From Amoebidium appalachense (taxonomy: Eukaryota; Protista; Ichthyosporea), in the NCBI GenBank assembly GCA_963693365.1, contig CAVNZM010000102.1:1-8225 (forward strand): a stretch of 8,225 nt of DNA, read 5' to 3'. Positions 1-7,730 of the stretch are shown piece after piece (position 1 is the stretch's first letter; the number at the start of each line of letters is the position of its first letter). Under the pieces are notes generated by a model. It ran no database searches. It saw only the letters and a program-made list of their open reading frames with translations, and was not told the DNA's origin. Both the position numbers and the translations under genes were made by a program.

Positions 1-28
1 CACACAGTGTGTGTGCACGTGCTCCTGT

Positions 29-116
29 ACATATATCCACCCATATCACATATATCCCATATCGCGATATGTGTACACAGATATCACATATCTCCATATT
101 CACATATCCCATATCC
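29..116. repeat. Degenerate tandem repeat of a ~7-nt (C/A)CATATC unit
   Basis: Repeated ccatatc/acatatc/gatatc units, e.g. cccatatcacatatatcccatatc ... cacatatctccatattcacatatcccatatcc. Confidence 0.6.
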
Positions 117-117
117 T

Positions 118-187
118 AGGGGTGCGGATAATGAGTCGAGGTGACGTCATCTTTGATGACGTCACGTCGACCATGTGCCGCGCCCCT
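118..187. repeat. 70-bp imperfect inverted repeat (hairpin); possible micro-MITE
   Basis: Perfect 11-bp core GTGACGTCATC(141-151)-TTT-GATGACGTCAC(155-165). Pairing extends through GTCGA/TCGAC and ATG/CAT to outer arms AGGGGTGCGG(118-127)/CCGCGCCCCT(178-187). Confidence 0.8.
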
Positions 188-622
188 TATTGTAGTTGGT
201 TGACTACCAGAGAGTCTATAAATTAGTCCACAAGAATCTGATGTTCATGCCTTGTGTTTATCTGGGTTGTCCCCAGTATAGAAACATTAGCCACCAACAT
301 GCGTCACACATACACTAGTGTTTTCTTCTATATATATATATCGTCGTTGGCTACCGTCATGTTCCGAGTCTTCCGAGGCAACCGTCGTTGTTTGCTTCTT
401 CCGTTTTGGTTTTCTTCCCCGGCTTGCCCCTTCAAGTCTTCTCCATTTGTCTTCTCGAGTGGGGAAACTTGGCTGTGACCTCACGGCACCTGTTTCTACA
501 AGTGTGAGAGTATTGACATCAACAGTCACATCAACAAACTTCACGAGAAGGCAACTTCCAACCTTTGAGTGGGGAGATATAGAATTGAATTACGGTACGT
601 GATTTTATATGAGGCCAGAAGT

Positions 623-625
623 CGC

Positions 626-714
<89 letters not shown>

Positions 715-727
715 CGCACGCACGTGT
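623..727. repeat. (TG)39 microsatellite followed by (CG)5, within a 105-bp alternating pyrimidine-purine tract
   Basis: TG repeat 629-706, CG repeat 707-716; alternation is uninterrupted from 623 to 727. Confidence 0.97.
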
Positions 728-750
728 CACACGTTGCTTGGGTTATCTCA

Positions 751-790
751 GGGGAAGGGGGAGGGGAATGGGGGGGGGGGGGAAGGGGGG
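751..790 (+). repeat. G-run cluster (potential G-quadruplex)
   Basis: GGGGAAGGGGGAGGGGAAT-G13-AA-G6: five runs of at least 4 G. Confidence 0.7.
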
Positions 791-1342
791 ACGACCATAG
801 CTATATGACTATGTGATCATCACAAGTATATTTTTTGTAAATTTCTAGAATTAGAACTGCCATGATTTCTGTTTCAGGCGGTTGACTACATAGAAGAATT
901 CCTAAGGTAGAAACTTCTTGCCGTGGCTAAAAAGACCCTGCCTCCCAAAACACCCGTCGTGGCGGCACGGAGAATGGGGAGCAGTACCGGAAACATAAAT
1001 TTCATAACCCTGAAATTCAGGGAAGTACGTGAAGAAGGAGATCTTCAGTGAAGGATATTTGGGAAACCCTCAGGAGGGATTTTAGGGAGAAAGGTGTCGA
1101 TGCAACGGGAGGTGATTGATACGATGATCGATGAGGATTACTGAAATTTCATGAAAGTTTCTGCATTTTACTTTTGGGGAAATCTCTGGGCTTTGTGGGG
1201 AGATCTATTGTATTGGAGATCGATTGATCCGAATTGATTTTTGTTCAGTATTTGGTAGAAATCCTGTTGAATTGCAGAAATCACAAACATTTCATTTCAT
1301 AACTAGACTTGCTAGTTTGGAGATCGTTTCAGTTGATCGATT

Positions 1343-1343
<1 letters not shown>

Positions 1344-1388
<45 letters not shown>

Positions 1389-1437
1389 CCACACACCCAC
1401 ACACCCACCCACCCCCTTTTCCCCCCCCCCAAAAAAA
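1344..1437. repeat. Poly-C (C31) plus (CA)n/CCCACA low-complexity tract
   Basis: C run 1344-1374, CA repeats to about 1411, then C10 and an A run. Confidence 0.95.
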
Positions 1438-1818
1438 GAAGATTTAAGGAAGAAAGACATTTTCGTATAATTTTATAATCACCCTTAATCTACCTCTGCA
1501 GATCTGATAAAAAAAAATGACTAAAATTTTCCCTCTGTTTTGGATCCCATGAAATGTGCTATTGCCAGTGTGGTTATCACTGATATAGATGTAAACGTAT
1601 TTTCATGCGCCCAGCAGGCGATGCATGTATCAGTTATATATATATAGCAGCATAGGTGAAACCACTACTGTATTACATCAAAGCTTAAAACAATAAAATA
1701 TAAACCCACCGGAATCATGATGTGCAATCATTAAGGAATAGTAAGATAATCGTGGTGTGATAATCTCTGCATGAAAGTGCCGATCTATAAATTGGTTGGC
1801 CTGTACATGTACATGTGC

Positions 1819-3118
1819 TTTTGGGGTTTATGCACTTTGTATTGCTGCGGACATCGTCAATCGTCAGGGGCCCAGCCCACGGCTGCCCAGCCTCACTTGA
1901 CGGCCTACTGCGTTTTGCAGCGCAGCCAATCAAATGCAGCCAGTGACTTATGTACACTGTATGCAATAAAACAACCAGTATAGATTATGGATAAGCAGAA
2001 GCTAGCATTGGTAGCTCCGATAGAAAGTTAAGACACCGTATCACAATATCATACTGTGCAGCATTAATAAGGTGATCTAACACGGTCATTTTATAACGGA
2101 TATACTGGGGGAGAGAAGTACAAAAGAGAATAAAGCCGCCCATAGCCTCCGGTTCTACCACATTAGCTAACAGGTCACACTTATTGATAGATATGCATAC
2201 GCGAGTAAACCGCCTCCCACACATATTACACATACGAGCAGGAGACACCAAAAACCGATTACAACGCCAAGACATAATCATCTTTGCATATTTATACGAC
2301 ACAACATCATGAATAAACGAATCTATATAGGAGCGAGATTGTCTAACCGTATCCGCCATATAGGCTACTAGTAGTTGGTGTTTTTGCTGACCTAACACTG
2401 GGAGGGACTCGACACGTAAAGTAAAAAGGTATCTATCAGCCATAGACTTAAAACTATTCATAATCACACTATGGTCCCGCCGTACCTCCGGTGGAGTCGC
2501 CAGCCACTCCGCATATCGCTCGACAATAGGCAGAGACGATGTGGAAGGGAAGAGGTAGAGGGGCGAGTCCGGCGGGGATGCGTGTAGCTGGAAGAGTGGT
2601 TGGGTCGGGGCAATGGCGGATAGGCGGGTGATGTGCTCGCGAAATTTAAGGGCTCATTCAGTGATTCGTGTATGCGTTGTGATGGTGGTGTGAGCCCATA
2701 TAATAAAGAATCGAGAAGGCTTCTAGAAATAGGTGTGGAAAGGCCAGTAAGAAACGTACAACAAGTTGTGTAGTGGAAGTCATCTAGTGAATGGAGAACA
2801 TTTGCAATGGTATCAGCGGGGGTGCCATAGCTAATAAAGGCAACCCGTACTCAGACAAAGGGTGAATAAAGGTGCGAAATATACTAAGACGGTTGTGTAA
2901 GTGTACAGTAGTAGAAAGATTAGCAAGATACACATCCCTAAATAAACGAAGACACCTTCCTGCCACCCGACGGTCGACCATCCGTTTGAAACATATGCCT
3001 CACTCATCCACCGGAGCCCCCAAATACTTTTATTCGATCGGGACTGCCGAATCTACAAACGTCGTCCCATGCCGGCGGTATCGATTTTTTGAAAAGGGCA
3101 CACTTTTTGACGTTAAAG
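1819..3118 (-). mobile_element. Decayed, 5'-truncated non-LTR retrotransposon (LINE): RT C-terminus, Cys-rich tail and 3'UTR
   Basis: Minus-strand translation across about 3 frameshifts gives FNVKKC (3117-3100), E*KYLGAPVDE*GI (KYLG 3029-3018), IFRTFIHPLSEYGL, GLTPPSQR, then an open frame 2653-1985 with WRCNRF..CNMC..FTRVC..C..LDHLIN ending ELPMLASAYP*. FNxxKC, KYLG and (Y/F)xTFI.P..EYG are characteristic late-RT/thumb motifs of LINEs and occur in the expected order. Confidence 0.8.
1985..3117 (-). pseudogene. Disrupted reverse transcriptase ORF remnant (last RT motifs, thumb and C-terminal Cys/Zn-knuckle-like region)
   Basis: In-frame stops at 3030-3032 (TAA, where YKYLG is expected) and 3000-3002 (TGA). 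Inferred frameshifts at about 3033-3090, 2818-2822 and 2655-2665. The provided ORFs 2784-2981 and 1985-2467 are pieces of it. Confidence 0.75.
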
Positions 3119-3320
3119 TTGGGGTTTACACACTTTTAATTATTGCGTGGACACTGCCGGAGGCCCAGATGGCATTCGACGGCCTACTGCGTTTTCCAGC
3201 GCAGCCAATCAAATGCAGCCAGTGACATATGTACATGCTAGGCAACAATGAGCGCCATCGTAGTATATGACACCCCTATTTCATATTATGGGTAAGCAGA
3301 GGCTAGCATCGGTAGCTCCC
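3119..3320 (-). mobile_element. Second, short 3'-end fragment of a related LINE, directly repeating about 1821-2018
   Basis: 3178-3235 vs 1899-1956: 56/58 identical. 3285-3319 vs 1984-2018: 32/35 identical. 3119-3128 and 1821-1830 are both TTGGGGTTTA. Encodes the same ELPMLASAYP* terminus. Confidence 0.8.
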
Positions 3321-5261
3321 TCTTCCAGGCGGGGTATTTTTTTCTGGCAGTGGTCTAACCCTGAATTCGGCTAAGCCAATCATATTGGCACTTTCTTGTT
3401 CTGTGATTGGTCAAATTTCCAAAAACTTAAGAAAGAATGCAATATTTGGCGAAAAGTGCGGAGATAAATCGGCCTCGACTCTCCTCGACGGTAGCCTCGT
3501 GTATTTCAACCGCCTACACACGCTACACACACACGGCATGTGCAAAAAAGGGATAATGCTGATAAACCAATATATTACATACACACGCGCGAGCTAGACA
3601 GGGATTTTTAGCGTTAGCGTTTTCTATACCGTACGTATGTCACATGCAATTTTTATCATATTGGATCCCCAAACACTCGTATGTGTGGGGCGAGTCGTAT
3701 GTGTGTATCTTTTCTTTTGACTGGATTTATTCGACGGAAAGATATGCAAGTATGCACGGCATACTGAGAAGACTGGGGCATAAGCTCCGCATGCAGATAG
3801 CGGCGCGGGTGTGGATCAGAGATAACACCAGAAATAGGGGTGCTCTTTGATGGAAAGAACTGTTGTTTGAGGGGTGTCGTTCCGTATTTGGGCTTCATAG
3901 CTTACTATATATTAGAGATAGCTTATGCTTTTTTTTGACAACAAAAAATAAACCGGATATATGTTCATGATCATGCAATCGATGACACCAAAGCATGCAC
4001 GCTGCGCGCATACACTGTCATTCATATATATGCCAATGTTCAGCCCCTGAAATGCCCAAACCTTTAAATTGAAAAACACAAAAATTTTCATTTGGGGGGG
4101 GTAAGTACACAAGCAAGTACTCCCTTCACTCGGCATGAAGTTGGCAAAGGAATCAAAACGCTGCCGCGTATATCTATCTCTTTCATGCAGGCCAGTTCAG
4201 TAGTCACGGGTATACTACCGTGCAGAGACCCAAACCGTTTTAGCGATCCCATTAGGTAGCTTTTTGGCCCGAAAGTCACTTTCCAAATTGGGAGCGATAA
4301 CGATTTTCATTGGACAAAAGTTTCAGATAAAAAAAAACGGGGAACCCCAACTAATTGATTTCTCCTTGTAGTCTTTATGGTGTCTCGTAGAGAAAGTAAA
4401 CCCTGATATATAGTCACCACCCGACATCTATGTACGTGATCATGATATACCGCTGAGGGGATATTCCGAGCAAACCCCCCCCCCATACCTGAGACTGGTT
4501 CTCTTTGCCTCGAGTAAACAGCGTAAACCCCATACTATATAAGGCAGCTGCGCATGGATCTAAAGGTCACTTTTTGGGGCTAACAAGGGTTCAGCGTGTA
4601 GAACGGCGGGCCGGGCCGGGTCCGGGCCCGCGCCGCCAACAATAAAAACTTCACGAGTTAGCCAATAACAAGTGCATACTGAGATACGTGAACACTGTGT
4701 GCCAAAATCATATAAATACTCAATGTGACGACCAACAGAATTCAACAAAAAGTCTGAAGTGTTCACATTGCCAGCCAGTGTAGCAGACACCCGTAGGGAA
4801 AGAGGTAAAACGCGACATAAAAACTCACACCTATCAACATGCCTTCGATGAAAAAGTTCAGCACAAAAGTGGCACCAGCAGCGATGGAAACAAGAATTAC
4901 AACGCCACTTCGTATCCTTATGGGTACAGCAGGAGAAATGTACCCTGCCAAAGCTCCCAAAAAGCGATAATGATCTGCGAGTACGGTGTTGCCTGCCAAG
5001 AGAGCACAGCGCGTCGTGCATGCATGTGCGCCTGCCACCTACCCGTGCACCTACTGAGATGGCTCCTTATTTTTCCTTACACATTCAGCGAACACTGGAC
5101 TCTATCGAACCGTCGAGGCGCCGCGACAGAAAGCATGCACGTCGGTCGCGAGAGTGTAAGGAAAAGTCGGACGTAAAGTTCATCGCAGCGCGTGCACACC
5201 GTCAGCACGTGTGTGCGTGTGCGACTGCGTGCAGTGACTTTCACAGTACGGCGTTAGCGCC

Positions 5262-5268
5262 TATTTAA
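5262..5268 (+). promoter_or_regulatory. Candidate TATA-like box of the WSC gene
   Basis: TATTTAA preceded by GCGCC, 45 nt before the ATG at 5307; CACGTG motifs at 5206-5211 and 5298-5303. Position is suggestive only. Confidence 0.3.
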
Positions 5269-5306
5269 TGTTACTGTCTGTCAAAGTTGGCCCATATCAC
5301 GTGAGG

Positions 5307-5427
5307 ATGGCGCGCCAACGACCTTCGAATTCACCTTTGTGTTCTGGGAACACACGAGCGATGTGGTTTAGTCTCTTCCTTCTGTTGGTGGTCGCACAAC
5401 TTGGAACGGCGACGCGAGCACTCTCTG
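5307..5427 (+). CDS. Exon 1 of tandem-WSC protein: signal peptide
   Basis: ATG in strong context (AGGATGG) gives MARQRPSNSPLCSGNTRAMWFSLFLLLVVAQLGTATRALS, with a hydrophobic core and an A/T-x-A-type cleavage region. Ends G|GTATGT (phase-1 donor at 5428), matching the phase-1 acceptor at 5903. Alternative in-frame ATG at 5361. Absent from the ORF track. Confidence 0.75.
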
Positions 5428-5745
5428 GTATGTAACCACACAACCCTGCTGAACTACATGCATCTTTGTGTCGTAACGTTGAATCCCTCTGCAGTTTTTC
5501 AAAAGCTGCACTGCACAATCGATGCGCACTCAGAGCCAAGCATATGAAAGACGTTTTTCGGTACCTTCACAAGCGGTGATCAATTCTCTTTGTGGCATTG
5601 CATGGCATGGTGCATGCATCATAGCATTAATAGTTGTGATGGCTGCTTGGCTTGAAGAGGTTTAATTCTCCACCCCTTCACAACCACACTGCTGCAGCAA
5701 CTGTTATCCCATGGTACTCTCATACTCTGAAGACTGAAGAGGTGT

Positions 5746-5810
5746 GGGGGGAGGGGGAGGGGGAGGGGGGATTTTCAAAACTTTTTTTTTTTTTTGGGGG
5801 GGGGGGGGGG
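5746..5810. repeat. (GGGGGA)n plus T14-G15 homopolymers in intron 1
   Basis: Four G5-6 runs at 5746-5770; T run 5782-5795; G run 5796-5810. Confidence 0.9.
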
Positions 5811-5902
5811 AAGAGGCGGGTAAAGCGGAGACTGAAAGGGGAGGGAACCAACTTTGAAGTCAAACTGAGACGGTAACACCTATCCACCGTAACCACCCGC
5901 AG

Positions 5903-6212
5903 TTACCAGCCCAGAAGGAAACTTCGAATATGTTGGATGCTTCAAAGACAACTGGACCCACGCTTTCCCGGAATACCACTTCCTGGGTGGTAAAAATTCC
6001 ATCGAAAATTGTTACCAAAGATGCAGTCAAAACGGACGAGATTATTTCGCGACGGAATGGCACGGTGAGTGTTACTGCGCCAGCGGGGAGGGATTGGGGG
6101 AGGTCTGGAACTGCCAGCAACTGCGATGTTCCTTGCTACGCAAACAACAACCAGACCTGCGGTGGTTGGCGTGCCCTGAGCGCCTATCGAATTCTGAAGC
6201 AGGCCCCAAGAC
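5903..6212 (+). CDS. Exon 2: WSC domain 1 (contains a +1 frameshift at about 6085-6100)
   Basis: Acceptor CCACCCGCAG| at 5902. Frame A reads TSPEGNFEYVGCFKDNWTHAFPEYHFLGGKNSIENCYQRCSQNGRDYFATEWHGECYCASG. Frame A+1 continues DWGRSGTASNCDVPCYANNNQTCGGWRALSAYRILKQAPR. Donor C|GTAAGT at 6213 (phase 1). Together they give the 8-Cys WSC pattern (GC.D, C..C, CxC, C..C, CGG). Confidence 0.88.
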
Positions 6213-6235
6213 GTAAGTTTCCCACAGATCAAACA

Positions 6236-6327
6236 CCCCCCCCCCCCCCCCCCAACAAGAAAGAAAGAAAGAAAGAAAAAAGAAAGAGAGAAAGAAAGAA
6301 AGGAAGAAAGTGCCCCCCCCCCCCCCC
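6236..6327. repeat. C18, (AAAG)n purine tract and C15 in intron 2
   Basis: C run 6236-6253, AAAG repeats about 6256-6310, C run 6313-6327. Confidence 0.9.
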
Positions 6328-6648
6328 GGCAATTGATGAATCGGGTCTTCCCTAAGGATGGGCTCTGCTTATAGCGCATACTGTGCGCATTGCTGATGTT
6401 GCATCCCTGAATCGTGTTTGTGTACTTCGTACCGTGTTCCGCATTCAAACTCCCCCCCCCCGCCCCCCCTGGAACCGCCCCCCACCAGACACACGGGCGC
6501 GCACGCAAGCACGCATCGTGACAGGCACTTTGCACGCAAATGTCCAGTGCCAACTATCTGAAAAATCAACCACGCAATTCGATCGTCGACGATCCCGTGC
6601 AGCATAAGTTACACCAACAAACAGATAGGCTGGGTCTGCCACTGGGGC

Positions 6649-6672
6649 AAAAAAAAAAAAAAAAAAAAAAAA
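6649..6672. repeat. Poly-A (A24) in intron 2
   Basis: Homopolymer run seen directly. Confidence 0.9.
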
Positions 6673-6772
6673 GGGGCCACGTTTAAGGCAAGCACCATAG
6701 GCAAACACTAGGCAGGACGATTCCCGTTTGCCTAGTGTGAGTAAATTAACTTATTTCTACCTCCACAAACAG

Positions 6773-7060
6773 CCCCAGCCTATTCCTTCCTGGGCTGCTA
6801 CAAGGATGACAGTTTGCATGTCCTTCCCGAATATTTTGGCGGGCTCATGAGCCACGATGTGTGCTACACCAAGTGCAGGGAGGCAGGCTACAAGTATTTC
6901 GCCACCGAGGCGGGAAACCTGTGTTTCTGCGTGAACGGGGACTTTACCCGACTGGGTAATGCCACGGCCTGTACACGCACGTGTGGTAGAAACTCGAGCG
7001 AAATTTGCGGTGGTAGATTGGCGATGAGCGTCCACGTGATCAACCATCCCCGAAATGACG
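6773..7060 (+). CDS. Exon 3: WSC domain 2
   Basis: Branch-like TTAAC at 6746, pyrimidine tract, ACAG| at 6772 (phase 1). Reads PPAYSFLGCYKDDSLHVLPEYFGGLMSHDVCYTKCREAGYKYFATEAGNLCFCVNGDFTRLGNATACTRTCGRNSSEICGGRLAMSVHVINHPRND. Donor G|GTAGGT at 7061 (phase 1). Eight Cys in WSC spacing; N-glycosylation sequons NAT and NSS. Confidence 0.92.
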
Positions 7061-7193
7061 GTAGGTGTTCAGAGTGTGCTGTGTGCTTGGATTCAAGTCG
7101 TATTTGTGTACCGATATGTCATTTTGTTTGGGGTCTCAGACCAGGGGCATCATGTGCATGCACGTGCGCGCAGGTGTGTTGCACTGTATGTTT

Positions 7194-7422
7194 GTGTGTG
7201 TGCGTGTGCGTGTGCGTGTGCGTGTGCGTGTGTGTGCGTGTGCGTGTGCGTGTGCGTGTGTGCGTGTGTGTGCGTGTGTGTGTGCGTGTGTGCGTGTATG
7301 CGCGCGTGCACGTGCGTGCGTGCGTGCGTGGCGCGTGGCGCGTGGCGCGCACGTGTGGCGCGTGGCGCGCACGTGTGGCGCGCACGTGTGTGGCGTGTGT
7401 GTGTGTGTGTGCGTGTGTGTGT
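7194..7422. repeat. Compound (TG)/(TGTGCG)/(TGCG)/(GTGGCGC) microsatellite in intron 3
   Basis: Hexamer GTGTGC repeats from about 7197, TG/TGCG mix, GTGGCGC heptamers at about 7328-7395, then TG to 7422. Confidence 0.95.
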
Positions 7423-7599
7423 CAAAGAAATGGGCGTGTCCCAAAGTTTGCGCAATCCTTTGTTGGCTTTATGCCGACCAGAGTGCAGTGAACATCATTT
7501 TGGGTTTCACCTGTCTGCTCATAGGTAAAAGCCTGTTTGCATTCGTGCTTGTATGTGCTTACTTTGCATGAGCGCTAGGGTTGCAAAGTCTTTTGGACG

Positions 7600-7602
<3 letters not shown>

Positions 7603-7688
<86 letters not shown>
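7603..7688. repeat. (CT)43 microsatellite
   Basis: Perfect CT repeat of 86 bp. Confidence 0.97.
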
Positions 7689-7692
<4 letters not shown>

Positions 7693-7730
7693 TGTGTGTG
7701 TGCATGCACGTGCGTTTTTGTTTTTTTCTT

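Noticed and set aside
531-816. ORFs with (HT)n or (CV)n runs
   Set aside because: Translations of the TG microsatellite
1005-1088. Scattered TAACCCT/AAACCCT/TTTAGGG telomere-like words (also near 4398 and 4524)
   Set aside because: Isolated and not tandem; consistent with chance
1224-1478. Poly-Pro ORF
   Set aside because: Product of the C31 homopolymer and CA repeat
1766-1782. TGAAAGTGCCG shared with 8186-8196
   Set aside because: An 11-mer match is expected by chance in 8 kb and does not extend convincingly
1821-3319. LTR retrotransposon interpretation of the direct repeats
   Set aside because: No TG...CA ends, PBS, PPT or TSD. The internal motifs are LINE-type and the repeat includes the ORF terminus
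4682-5268. Overlapping ORFs on both strands, including KCSHC...KRDIKTH resembling a zinc finger
   Set aside because: An in-frame stop, a missing His and atypical spacing; no other transposase motif recognised
5930-6355. 141-aa ORF as a standalone gene
   Set aside because: Only about 6092-6212 is coding in this frame. The 5' part is the wrong frame of the WSC exon and the 3' part is intron 2 low-complexity sequence
5860-6553. Minus-strand ORFs (86, 203 and 86 aa)
   Set aside because: Antisense shadows of the WSC exon and intronic repeats
6814-7571. 225-aa ORF and overlapping Cys/Val/Arg-rich ORFs
   Set aside because: The WSC homology ends at the donor at 7061; the remainder is compound microsatellite
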